This document shows, piece after piece, positions 19,079 to 28,114 of a DNA stretch of 53,987 bases. The number at the start of each line of letters is the position of its first letter. The stretch's first letter is position 1. The DNA is from a virus (taxonomy: Duplodnaviria; Caudoviricetes), in IMG/VR virus record IMGVR_UViG_3300043661_000153, positions 1 through 53,987 of that record. The stretch is one strand, 5' to 3'. Position numbers and translations under genes: made by a program. The notes below the pieces were generated by a model. That model was not told where the DNA came from. It saw only the letters and a program-made list of their open reading frames with translations, and did no database searches.

Positions 19079-19361
19079 CAACGAAACCAAACAAACGTCG
19101 GCATCTGCGAAAGACGAACAAACAGCCCATCGCTTCGCCAAGGATCAACTCAAAGCCTTCGTGGAGCGCGTCGAGCGTCTCGAAGAGGAAAAGAAAGCCA
19201 TCGCCGACGACATCCGCGACATCTACGCGGAAGCCAAAGGCAACGGCTTCGACGCCAAAGCTCTCCGCACTGTGGTGAGAATGCGAAAGCAAAACATCAA
19301 CGAGCGGAAAGAGCAGGAAGCGATCCTTGAGACGTATTTGCATGCGTTGGGGATGATCTGA
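19056..19361 (+). CDS. gapR: GapR (DUF2312) nucleoid-associated protein
   Basis: [54 protein letters not shown]. Confidence 0.93.
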   Translation: MGLAVVANNETKQTSASAKDEQTAHRFAKDQLKAFVERVERLEEEKKAIADDIRDIYAEAKGNGFDAKALRTVVRMRKQNINERKEQEAILETYLHALGMI

Positions 19362-19365
19362 AGCA

Positions 19366-21231
19366 ATGAACGAGCTTGCGCCAATTGGCGCACCCGACGC
19401 TGATGACGACGTGATGTCGTCGCCGCTGATGAAGCTCGCGGCGTCGCTCGCCTGGCGTGACGATGAGCCGGCCGTGAAGCTACCGACGGTCCTCACGCGG
19501 CCGTCGCTCGAGGGTGCCGTTGGCGAACTGCACTATACCGAGCCGGAAAGCGGCGCGGCGCATATCTGGCCGCGTTGGCGGATCACCGGCTCGCCGCACG
19601 CTGTCATCATGGCGCGCAAATTGTTCGGCAGTATCGAGAGTGAATCCAGCCTCAATAAAATCTCGTTCCCGGCGACGCTCGGCAGCTTTGATGAGTTGCT
19701 GATCCTGCTGCATCGCTTCCCGCTGCGGATGACGGAAGCCGCGCAAGTCATCTTCGATCGTTTCTACCGTCAGAGCGTCGCCGAGCGGCACATTGCAGCG
19801 AGCGTGCCGGCTACGAGCTCTGCCGGCAAATACTTTCGCGGCAAGTTGCTGCCTTTCCAGACCGAAGGCGTCGCCTATTTGTGTGCCGTGCGCAAAGGCT
19901 TACTCGCCGACGACATGGGGCTCGGCAAGACCGTGCAGGCGTTCGGCTTCCTTGATCGGATCGACGCCTATCCGGCCGTCATCGTCGTGCAATCCCATGT
20001 GCAGCGGCACTGGGAAAAGAAGCTTCCGGAATTCATGACTGTCCGCGATGCCGGCGACATGCTTCCGCACGACACGTTTTCACTGTCCTGGATCACGCTC
20101 AACGGCGGCAAGCGTCTCGACGCCACGCCGGCGGCCGATATCTACATCGTTCATTATCTGGTGCTGCACGCATGGGCGCCAATGCTGGTCGAGCGCGGCG
20201 TCAAAACCGTCATCTTCGACGAGTGCCAGGAACTAAGACGTTCCGGCACGCGCAAGCATGACGCTTGCACCGCGATCTCGCGGGCGGCCGATAATGTCGC
20301 TGGGTTAAGCGGGACGCCGATCTACAATCACGGCACCGAAATGCACACGGTGATGAATACGCTCTGCCGCGGCGCGCTCGGCACGCGCGCGGACTTCGAA
20401 CGGACCTGGTGCACCTTCATTGATCGCAAGATCGTTGTCGGCGACCCTGAAGTCCTTGGCGAATATCTCCGCGACCGTCGACTTATGCTGCGGCGCCGGA
20501 AGGACGAGGTCCAGCTCGAGCTTCCCGCAAAGCGCCGCGTGATCGAACCTATTGCGGGAGATACCGGCATCTTCGCCGATCTCGTCAAGAAGGCTGCGGA
20601 CCTCGCGCGCGAAGCCGCCGAAATTGGCGATCCATTCGACCGCGCGCGCATGGAGGCGCAGGCTATCCGCGAAACGCGCCGCGCGACCGCAATGGCAAAA
20701 CTGCCTGCGGTTATTGCGTTTCTGCGAGGCCTGATGGAGGCCGGCGAGCCGACGCTTTGTTTCATCCACCATCACGCCGTCACCGATGGCATTGTCGAAG
20801 CACTCGACGAATTCAAGCCATCCTGCATCACCGGCCGCGAAGATCGGAATATGAAGGATGAGGCGCAGCGGCGCTTTGTCGAGAATGAAACAAACCTCTG
20901 CCTGATCTCGCTCCGCGTCGCGACCGGTCTGGACGGCCTACAGGCTCGCGCTCGCGTCGTCGTGTTTGCCGAGCTCGATTGGTCGCCTGCCATCCATCGC
21001 CAAGCGGAAGATCGCGCGCATCGCATGGGTCAACGCGACAGCGTGCTTGCGTACTACCTGGTGACCGATCTCGGCACAGATCCATTCGTCATGTCGACGC
21101 TCAATCTCAAGGCGAGCCAATTTACCGGCTTGATGCAAGACAAAGCTGAAACCGACGATGATAGGCGCGATGCCGATGTTGCCGCGAAAGAGCATATGGC
21201 CGGCGTGCTGGCGATGCTGAGGGGCAAATAA
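19366..21231 (+). CDS. SNF2-family (SMARCAL1/HARP-like) helicase
   Basis: LLPFQTEG, LADDMGLGKT, DECQ, LSGTPI, QAEDRAHRMGQ. Confidence 0.9.
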   Translation: MNELAPIGAPDADDDVMSSPLMKLAASLAWRDDEPAVKLPTVLTRPSLEGAVGELHYTEPESGAAHIWPRWRITGSPHAVIMARKLFGSIESESSLNKISFPATLGSFDELLILLHRFPLRMTEAAQVIFDRFYRQSVAERHIAASVPATSSAGKYFRGKLLPFQTEGVAYLCAVRKGLLADDMGLGKTVQAFGFLDRIDAYPAVIVVQSHVQRHWEKKLPEFMTVRDAGDMLPHDTFSLSWITLNGGKRLDATPAADIYIVHYLVLHAWAPMLVERGVKTVIFDECQELRRSGTRKHDACTAISRAADNVAGLSGTPIYNHGTEMHTVMNTLCRGALGTRADFERTWCTFIDRKIVVGDPEVLGEYLRDRRLMLRRRKDEVQLELPAKRRVIEPIAGDTGIFADLVKKAADLAREAAEIGDPFDRARMEAQAIRETRRATAMAKLPAVIAFLRGLMEAGEPTLCFIHHHAVTDGIVEALDEFKPSCITGREDRNMKDEAQRRFVENETNLCLISLRVATGLDGLQARARVVVFAELDWSPAIHRQAEDRAHRMGQRDSVLAYYLVTDLGTDPFVMSTLNLKASQFTGLMQDKAETDDDRRDADVAAKEHMAGVLAMLRGK

Positions 21232-21233
21232 AT

Positions 21234-21572
21234 ATGGTCGATTTAGTCGGCACTTGTCCGAAGGGTTTTTGGGAGGAATGGATCGCGGAGGGTGACGCGG
21301 CCGGCGATCCTGAGACCGGCGAGGAATGGGGATGGTTCACCCAACACAGCTTCAAATCTCAGATCGTGCCCGGCGACCGATTTTATGTCGTAGCACACGG
21401 CAAGCTTCGCGGCTGGTCGCCTGTCACCGGCATCTGGGGCGGCGCGATCGTACGCAAGGGCGGCGCTGTCGCCTGCACGATCGATGAGCCAATTCCCGGT
21501 TTTCGCGGGCTGCGCAAACGCTGGTGGGATCGTGCGGTCGAGCAACCATTTCCAGATTGGAAAACGCGATGA
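21234..21572 (+). CDS. Hypothetical protein, possible PUA/ASCH-like fold
   Basis: PGDRFYVV..GKLRG..PIPGFRGLRKRWW. Confidence 0.6.
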   Translation: MVDLVGTCPKGFWEEWIAEGDAAGDPETGEEWGWFTQHSFKSQIVPGDRFYVVAHGKLRGWSPVTGIWGGAIVRKGGAVACTIDEPIPGFRGLRKRWWDRAVEQPFPDWKTR

Positions 21573-21684
21573 CCATCACTTTGCCCACACTGACACCCTA
21601 CCGCTTCGCCGTCCCCACGTCTCGCTGCGGAAGCGATTCCCGGCGTGGCTATCCCCGTCTTGCCCGTTATTCACAGGCTGAAAT

Positions 21685-22977
21685 GTGACCACTTCGACCA
21701 CCATAAAGCGCCGCGCGCGCCGGATCGCTTCCGACGAGGCTCACGCGTGGGCGCGCTCGATCCGGCTGGGCAACCCTTTTGCCAATAGCGTGCTGCGAGC
21801 GCTTTCGCTTTACGTGAACGGCGAGGGCGTGTGCTTCGTCGGCATTGATGCTTTGGCGGACGACTGCGATCTCTCGCCCGATACCGTGCGCAAGCGGATC
21901 GCTTGGCTCGATACTGTCGGCGCCATCGTCCGGCTGGCGCAATGGATCGACGCGGACGGTAAGCGGAACAGCGAAGGTCGCGGCAAGCGCACAACCGATG
22001 AAATTCGGCTGCTTTTGGATGCCGACATAGCGGAAATCGAGGCAAAAGCTACCGGAAATGGCGATGATATTAGCCCTCGCTCCCAGCCAGGGCTAAATGA
22101 AGAGGCAAATTCGAGCCAGCCCTCGGTTAGCACTGGGTTAGCCCTCGGCCAGCCCTCGCACTGCAGCGAGGGCCTAATCTCTGAACCTGAACCGGAACCT
22201 GAAGTAAACCCCCAACCCCCTAAAGGGGGCGGTCAAGTGGTCGATCAGGAATTTGAAGATCAGATCAGCGAAGCAATCAAAGCCTACCCGATCCCGATCA
22301 CCAACCTGCCGCGGTTCCGAACGGTCTGGCAGGCGCAAGATCGAGCAACGCGCTCGAAAATCTTGGCCGCAATGCGAGCGTTTGCGAGTTTCATCGCCGA
22401 CTGCGAGCGAAAGCACAAACCGCGCGCCGTGAAGGACGCCGATCGCTGGGTCGCGGCCGGCATGTGGCAGGGCTTCGTCCAATTGGCCGAAAACGTCGAT
22501 GCTGCAGGGCAAATCAGCCACATCGAGCCCGACAGCGAGGCCGGCAAAGCGCATGCCGTGCTGTGTCGCATTGCGGAAATCGAGCCCAAGATCGAAGGCG
22601 GCAAAATCGTGCTGAAACGGTCGCTTTCGCCGCGCGGATTGGCTTTTGCCGGCGCGCCGGATGCTTCCGACTGGGTCTTCATCGCCGACGGCGCCGACAG
22701 CAACAAGATCGGCGCGTGGCGCGCGTTCGTCAGCGCCGAGCTCGACATGCCGATCGGCCGGCTGGTGCGCGAGCGAAGCTGGCGAAAATTGAAGCCCGAA
22801 GAGGTTGAAGCTCACGGCGGCAGATCGACCGAGATCATCAATCAGCGCGGTTTTCTCGCGCCTTGGCCGTGGCCGCCACGAAAAGACGGGACGCTCAGCA
22901 CAACCGGACCTCCCGACACGCTCATGACCGACCAGGACGTCAAAGACCTCGATCAACTCGGCAAGATGACAGGGTGA
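21685..22977 (+). CDS. Phage replication initiator (N-terminal HTH)
   Basis: VLRALS..CFVGIDALADDCDLSPDTVRKRIAWL HTH; EPEPEP..PQPPKGG linker; internal iterons. Confidence 0.8.
   Translation: MTTSTTIKRRARRIASDEAHAWARSIRLGNPFANSVLRALSLYVNGEGVCFVGIDALADDCDLSPDTVRKRIAWLDTVGAIVRLAQWIDADGKRNSEGRGKRTTDEIRLLLDADIAEIEAKATGNGDDISPRSQPGLNEEANSSQPSVSTGLALGQPSHCSEGLISEPEPEPEVNPQPPKGGGQVVDQEFEDQISEAIKAYPIPITNLPRFRTVWQAQDRATRSKILAAMRAFASFIADCERKHKPRAVKDADRWVAAGMWQGFVQLAENVDAAGQISHIEPDSEAGKAHAVLCRIAEIEPKIEGGKIVLKRSLSPRGLAFAGAPDASDWVFIADGADSNKIGAWRAFVSAELDMPIGRLVRERSWRKLKPEEVEAHGGRSTEIINQRGFLAPWPWPPRKDGTLSTTGPPDTLMTDQDVKDLDQLGKMTG
22071..22173. repeat. Iterons / putative replication origin
   Basis: AGCCCTCG at 22072, 22118, 22140, 22151 plus inverted copies near 22088 and 22167. 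Confidence 0.7.
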
Positions 22978-22982
22978 GGGAT

Positions 22983-23606
22983 ATGCTGATGGTAACGGAA
23001 AAGACCGGCAACATGGCGATGGTTTTGCGGGCCCTCGAAGGCCCGCTTGGACCCGCACCCGTCGAATTGTGCCAGCCGATCACCGAGTGGTGTTTGGTCA
23101 TGGTGCGCTCTGGCTTCGAGTTTCAAGCGCGTGAAGCCATGCGGCGCCGCGGCGTCGGTGCATATTGGCCGAATTACTCTCGGATCGCGATGGTCGACGA
23201 CAATCGCAACGGCGGCCGCATGAGGCGCGTCTTCCTGACACCGGTCGTTCCCGGCGTCATCTTCAGCCCCGCCAAATTCACCGACCTGTTTTGGAATGTG
23301 CTCGATCTGGCGCCGGGCGTCATCAACGTCGCGCGGAAGGCGTACAGCGACATCATTGTGCTCAACGACGTCGACATTGTCCTGATCCACAAGATCGAGC
23401 AGGGCTTGAACAAGCCGATCATGGCGAAAGCTGTCCACAGCTATAAGATCGGCGACAAAGTAAGGCTTTGCGACGATGAGCGATCCGGTTTTGGTATCGG
23501 CAAGGTTTTAAAGCTTTTCAAGGACGGGAGAATCAGCATAGGGGTTGGCGGGATGGGACGGGAGTTGGTGATAACGCTCCTTCCGCACCAGATCAGGCGG
23601 CCGTAG
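22983..23606 (+). CDS. NusG/RfaH-family antiterminator (late regulator)
   Basis: NGN domain (WCLVMVRSGFE..PVVPGVIF..PGVINV) plus KOW (YKIGDKVRL); at the Q position. Confidence 0.85.
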   Translation: MLMVTEKTGNMAMVLRALEGPLGPAPVELCQPITEWCLVMVRSGFEFQAREAMRRRGVGAYWPNYSRIAMVDDNRNGGRMRRVFLTPVVPGVIFSPAKFTDLFWNVLDLAPGVINVARKAYSDIIVLNDVDIVLIHKIEQGLNKPIMAKAVHSYKIGDKVRLCDDERSGFGIGKVLKLFKDGRISIGVGGMGRELVITLLPHQIRRP

Positions 23607-23717
23607 CATGGCCCCTGCCACACTCGGCAGGCATCCCAGCTAAGACCGGTTGGCGGCGGTCCAGGTGATCGCTTCATAGGCGCCCAAAGCGAGCGCCAAT
23701 CGCAGAGCGTCCAAATC

Positions 23718-23742
23718 AGCCCGGGCAAAGTCCCGGGCTTTT
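23718..23742 (+). terminator. Intrinsic terminator before the late genes
   Basis: AGCCCGGG-CAAAGT-CCCGGGCT-TTT. Confidence 0.85.
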
Positions 23743-23873
23743 GCTTGTCATAGGGTAGATGGACTGACAGCTACCACGCCGACTACCTCACCAAAGGACT
23801 GCACCATGTGACGGCATCATCAAGCGGGTCGCGCGTCTAAACCCTGACGCCAGCGATCCGCGATGCCGTTGCA

Positions 23874-24218
23874 GTGAGTTTGATGAAGAGGCTCAAGCCT
23901 TTAGTTAAAGCTTTCGATGGTCGTGTTGCCAAGCAGCTTCCGAAGGAAGCCGACGCCGAGCTACTCACCGAAGAACACAAGCAATGGCGGCTCTATGTAT
24001 GCCGCCGCGCAGGCTGGCGATGCGAGTGGCTCATTGACGGCCTGAGGTGCCGCAAGGCTTCGCCGGAGCACCGGATGGTAGCCGACCACATCGTCGACCG
24101 CGAAGACGGCGGCGCGCTCTTCGACCCAGCCAACGGCCAATGCCTTTGCGTGCAGCATAATACCATCAAGGGCATCCGATCCCGCGCGCTAAGAGCCGCC
24201 GGGGCAGGGGGGGCATAA
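23874..24218 (+). CDS. HNH endonuclease (packaging-associated)
   Basis: RCE..ADHIVDREDGGALFDPANGQCLCVQHN; precedes terminase. Confidence 0.9.
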   Translation: MSLMKRLKPLVKAFDGRVAKQLPKEADAELLTEEHKQWRLYVCRRAGWRCEWLIDGLRCRKASPEHRMVADHIVDREDGGALFDPANGQCLCVQHNTIKGIRSRALRAAGAGGA

Positions 24219-24275
24219 TCTTTGGGCCTTGGAGCACCGCTACCGCTCATGGCGCCATTCGCGGATTTTTTTTCT
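24200..24275. other. Probable cos/packaging initiation region
   Basis: G-run (24207-24213) and T-run (24266-24273) between HNH and terS, typical of HK97-like cos phages; exact cut unknown. Confidence 0.45.
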
Positions 24276-24380
24276 CAAGCCTGAAATTTTGCCCCTGGCC
24301 AGCTACCTGGCATCAAGGAAAGCCGCTGTTTACCGGCACAAGTACAACGCGTCGCCTGACGGATCGGGTTTTATTTTTCC

Positions 24381-24905
24381 ATGTCGCAAGCCGCCCAAAC
24401 TGAGACCACGCCGCCGCCGGCGCATCGGCGCACCGACCTGTTCGGCGACCCGGTCCCTGAGAACTGGGGCGGTCGTGGCCGGCCGCAGCACATCGCGACG
24501 CAAGAGAACCGCAACAAGGTTCTTATGCTGCTCGCGTTGGGTTGGAACAACGAGCGCATCGCGCAGGCGCTGGGCATCACCGCGCCGACTGTGCGGAAGT
24601 CCTACAAGGTTGAGCTCAAGTTCCGCGACGAGCAGCGCGACCGGCTTAACGCAGCGCTTGCGATGAAGCTCTGGGACGGCGTGCAGGACGGCAATGTCAC
24701 GGCGATCCGGGAATTCCAGGCCTTCCTCGAGAAGAACGACCTGATGAACTACGGCCAGACATCGAAGCCAGAACAGGTGAAAGAGCCCAAGCTCGGCAAG
24801 AAGGACGCGGCGCTTGTCGCAGCGCGCCAGCCTGACATCGGAACGCCGCTGGGAATGTTGATGGCGCAGCGCCAGCAAGGGGGCGGTGGCGGCCGTTCCC
24901 ACTGA
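24381..24905 (+). CDS. terS: Terminase small subunit
   Basis: GRGRP, HTH IAQALGITAPTVRK, KLGKK; upstream of terL. Confidence 0.8.
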   Translation: MSQAAQTETTPPPAHRRTDLFGDPVPENWGGRGRPQHIATQENRNKVLMLLALGWNNERIAQALGITAPTVRKSYKVELKFRDEQRDRLNAALAMKLWDGVQDGNVTAIREFQAFLEKNDLMNYGQTSKPEQVKEPKLGKKDAALVAARQPDIGTPLGMLMAQRQQGGGGGRSH

Positions 24906-26611
24906 TGTGGGACCTAAGCTGCCCAGACTGGGAAGCCCGGATCAGGGAAGGCCGGTCGCTCATCCCCGAAGGGCTTCCGCTTAACGAAGCCGAAGCGAGA
25001 ATGGGCCTCGCGTTCTTCGACGAGCTGCCGCTGCCCGACGGTCTCGACGAGATGACGTTCCGCGAAGCCGTCGGGCCTTGGTTCCGCGACATTGTGCGGG
25101 TCATCTTCGGATCATGGGATCCGGCCACCAGGTCTCGCGCCATCCGGGACATCTTCGCCCTGGCGCCGAAAGGGTCCTCGAAGACGACTTACAGCGCCGG
25201 CTTGATGCTGGCGGTGATGATGATGAACAAGCGGCACTATGCCGAGGCCTTGTTCATCGGCCCGACACAGGCGATCTCTGACCGCGCCTTCGACCAGGCG
25301 GCGGCGATGATCCGCAAGTCGCCCGACCTGCAGCGCCGCTTCGAGGCGCAGGATTACCACAAGATCATCTTCGACAAGGCGAACCGCTCGGAGATGAAGG
25401 TCAAGACCTTCGATCTGAGCATCCTGACCGGCTCGTTCCCGATTTTCGTGCTGCTCGACGAGTTGCATCTGCTCGGCAAGAGCCCGCACACCACCAAGGT
25501 GCTTCGCCAAATTCGCGGCGGCCTCGACAAGCGCGAAGAGGGCTTGCTGCTGATCACCACGACGCAGAGCGACAGCGAGCCGGCCGGCGCCTTCAAAGAC
25601 GAACTGAAGATGGCGCGGAATATCCGCGACGGTAAGTTCAAGGGCAAAGTGATCCGGTCGATGTTGCCGGTGCTCTATGAATTTCCGACAGAGATCGCCA
25701 AGGATCAGGAGCTTTGGCAAGACCCGAAAAACTGGCCGATGGTGATGCCGAACCTCGGCCGCTCTGTGCATCTCGCCACCTTGGTGCCGGACTGGGAGAC
25801 GGAACGCACCAAGGGCGAGCACGCGATCCGGATCTGGGCCTCGCAGCATCTGAATATCCAGATCGGCTTGGGGCTCAAGGGTGAAGGTTGGGACGGCGCG
25901 CTGCACTGGCAGAAGCGAGAAGACCTCAGCCTAACGCTCGACGCCCTGATCGAGCGCTCCGAGGCGATCGTGGTCGGCGCCGACGGCGGCGGCCTTGATG
26001 ATCTTTTCGGCCTGACGGTGCTCGGCCGCGAGCGCGGCACCAAGAACTGGCTGGCCTGGTCGCATGCGTGGTGCCATCCCGACGTGCTCGAGAAGCGCAA
26101 GTCGATCGCCACGCTGCTCTTGGACTTTGCCAAGGAAGGCTTCCTCACCTTTATCGACGCGGAGCATGACGACATCCGCGAGATCGTCGACATCATCGAG
26201 CGCGTCAACGAGGCCGCTCTACTGGCCTGCGTCGCGATCGATAGTGAAGGACCATTCGGCGACCTAGTCGATGCGCTCGACCTGATCGAGGTCAACGAGG
26301 AAAGCGAACAGATCGTCGGCGTGGGCCAAGGTTTCCGGCTGATGAGGGCGATCAAGCACACTGAGCGAAAGCTGCAGCGGGGAACGCTGTTTCATGCGCC
26401 GAGCACGCTGATGGATTGGTGCGTCGGCAACGTAAAAATCGAGCCGACGGCGACCGCGATCCGCGCGACGAAACAGAACGCCGGCGACGCCAAGGTCGAT
26501 CCTGTCTTCGCGCTCTGGGACGCGTCGGAAGTGATGATCCGCAACCCAAAGCCGAAGGCGCCGCACAGCAAGCGGTCCTACCTGCAAGAAGAGGCGCTGA
26601 TCCTGATCTGA
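24905..26611 (+). CDS. terL: Terminase large subunit
   Basis: PKGSSKTT Walker A, LLDELH Walker B, GADGGGLDDL nuclease, AKVDP. Confidence 0.95.
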   Translation: MWDLSCPDWEARIREGRSLIPEGLPLNEAEARMGLAFFDELPLPDGLDEMTFREAVGPWFRDIVRVIFGSWDPATRSRAIRDIFALAPKGSSKTTYSAGLMLAVMMMNKRHYAEALFIGPTQAISDRAFDQAAAMIRKSPDLQRRFEAQDYHKIIFDKANRSEMKVKTFDLSILTGSFPIFVLLDELHLLGKSPHTTKVLRQIRGGLDKREEGLLLITTTQSDSEPAGAFKDELKMARNIRDGKFKGKVIRSMLPVLYEFPTEIAKDQELWQDPKNWPMVMPNLGRSVHLATLVPDWETERTKGEHAIRIWASQHLNIQIGLGLKGEGWDGALHWQKREDLSLTLDALIERSEAIVVGADGGGLDDLFGLTVLGRERGTKNWLAWSHAWCHPDVLEKRKSIATLLLDFAKEGFLTFIDAEHDDIREIVDIIERVNEAALLACVAIDSEGPFGDLVDALDLIEVNEESEQIVGVGQGFRLMRAIKHTERKLQRGTLFHAPSTLMDWCVGNVKIEPTATAIRATKQNAGDAKVDPVFALWDASEVMIRNPKPKAPHSKRSYLQEEALILI

Positions 26612-26636
26612 TCACGCGCCAGGAAAGGCCGGCATC

Positions 26637-26804
26637 ATGCGGCAATTCGTGGCGCGGATCGTGGCCTCCATCGATGTGCAGACCGCGCTTCTCGCCGGCG
26701 GTCTCGCTCTGGTCTCCTACGGATCGTCCCTCATCTACTGGCCGGCCGCTTTCATTGTGCCCGGTGCGGTATTGACCGCGGTCGCGATCTTCGGAGTGCG
26801 CTGA
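26637..26804 (+). CDS. 55-aa two-TM protein between terL and portal
   Basis: MRQFVARIVASIDVQTALLAGGLALVSYGSSLIYWPAAFIVPG..; TGATG overlap with portal. Confidence 0.65.
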   Translation: MRQFVARIVASIDVQTALLAGGLALVSYGSSLIYWPAAFIVPGAVLTAVAIFGVR

Positions 26805-28114
26805 TGGGCTTGCTCGCGCCGTTGTCGCGCTCGGCGCGGGCCGAGTTCAAGGCCGTGGATGCGTCCGATCTGACCTGGACCGCATTGCTCGGTCAGCCGG
26901 CGTCGAAGGCCGGCGTTGCCGTCAATATCGAGACCGCGCTTCGCGCGTCGACGGTCTTTGCGTGCTGCCGCGTGCTCGGCGAGGGCGTCGCGCAGCTCCC
27001 GCTCAACCTATTTGAGATCATTGGCAACTCGAAAAAGCTCGCGACGAACAATCCGCTTTTCAATATCCTGGCATTGCGGCCGAACGATTTTATGACGTCG
27101 TTCGAGTTTCGCGAGACCATGATGTATCACGCGGTTCTGACGTCGAACGCGTTTGCCTATATCGGTCGCGGTGGCATTGGAAAGACCATCCAAGAACTGA
27201 TCCCGATCTACAGTCCGGTTCGCATTGACCGCGACAAAAACTGGAACATCACCTATTGGATCGAGGGGCCGGACGGCGAGAGCGTCCCGTTCACGCAGCA
27301 AGAGATTTTCCACCTGCGCGGGCCATCCTGGAACGGCTATGTCGGGATGGACGCGGTCAAATTGGCGAGGGAGTCCATTGGGCTCGCCATCGCGACGGAA
27401 GAGACGCACGCGCGGCTGTTCGCCAATGGTGCCAAGCCTGGCGGCGTGTTGTCGGTCGAAGGGACGCTGGGCAAGGAAAACCGCGAGGCGCTCAAGGCGC
27501 GCATCGCCGAGATGCAGGAAGGGCTGCACAACAATTTCAAGACGCTGGTGCTCGATCAGAACGCCAAATGGATGACGATGGCGATGACGGGTGTCGACAG
27601 CCAACACCTCGAGACGCGGCGCTTTCAGACCGAGGAAGTCTGCCGCGCGCTTCGGGTCTTTCCGCAGATGGTGATGAGCTCCGACAAGGTATCGACCTTC
27701 GCCAGCGCCGAGCAGTTCTTCATCGCCCACGTCACCCACTCGCTGATGCCGTGGGTCAAGCGCTGGGAAGAAAAAATAGGGCACTCGCTGCTCGGCGCCG
27801 CCGACAACCTCGAAGCCAAGTTCGCAACGGCGGCGATCATGTTCGGCGATGCGGCGGCGCGCTCGACCTACTATCAGAACGCCTTGGGTGGCGCGCGCGG
27901 CGAGACGGCTTATCTCACGCGCAACGAGGTTCGCTCAATCGAGTCCGCGCTGCTCGGCATCTCGTTCGATCCGCTCGAAGGCGGCGATGATCTGCCGACG
28001 GCGACGCCGCCGGCGGCGCCGATCGGCGGACCCGATGTCACGCCGCACAAGCCAGCTCTCCCAGCGGCTCCAGTGGTTCCAGCGGTCCCAGCAAAACCGG
28101 GCACAGCACAATGA
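26804..28114 (+). CDS. Phage portal protein, HK97 family
   Basis: VFACCRVLGEGVAQLPL, RPN, EIFHLRG, LFANGAKPGG, TRNEVR. Confidence 0.95.
   Translation: MGLLAPLSRSARAEFKAVDASDLTWTALLGQPASKAGVAVNIETALRASTVFACCRVLGEGVAQLPLNLFEIIGNSKKLATNNPLFNILALRPNDFMTSFEFRETMMYHAVLTSNAFAYIGRGGIGKTIQELIPIYSPVRIDRDKNWNITYWIEGPDGESVPFTQQEIFHLRGPSWNGYVGMDAVKLARESIGLAIATEETHARLFANGAKPGGVLSVEGTLGKENREALKARIAEMQEGLHNNFKTLVLDQNAKWMTMAMTGVDSQHLETRRFQTEEVCRALRVFPQMVMSSDKVSTFASAEQFFIAHVTHSLMPWVKRWEEKIGHSLLGAADNLEAKFATAAIMFGDAAARSTYYQNALGGARGETAYLTRNEVRSIESALLGISFDPLEGGDDLPTATPPAAPIGGPDVTPHKPALPAAPVVPAVPAKPGTAQ

Noticed and set aside
23596-23611. ops-like sequence GGCGGCCGTAGCATG at the end of the NusG-like gene
   Set aside because: Imperfect match to GGCGGTAGnnTG in GC-rich DNA; insufficient support.
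28017-28028. CGCCGATCGGCG and similar CCGATCGG palindromes as extra copies of the dispersed motif
   Set aside because: Explained by the preferred codons CCG-ATC-GGC; not counted among the five sites.
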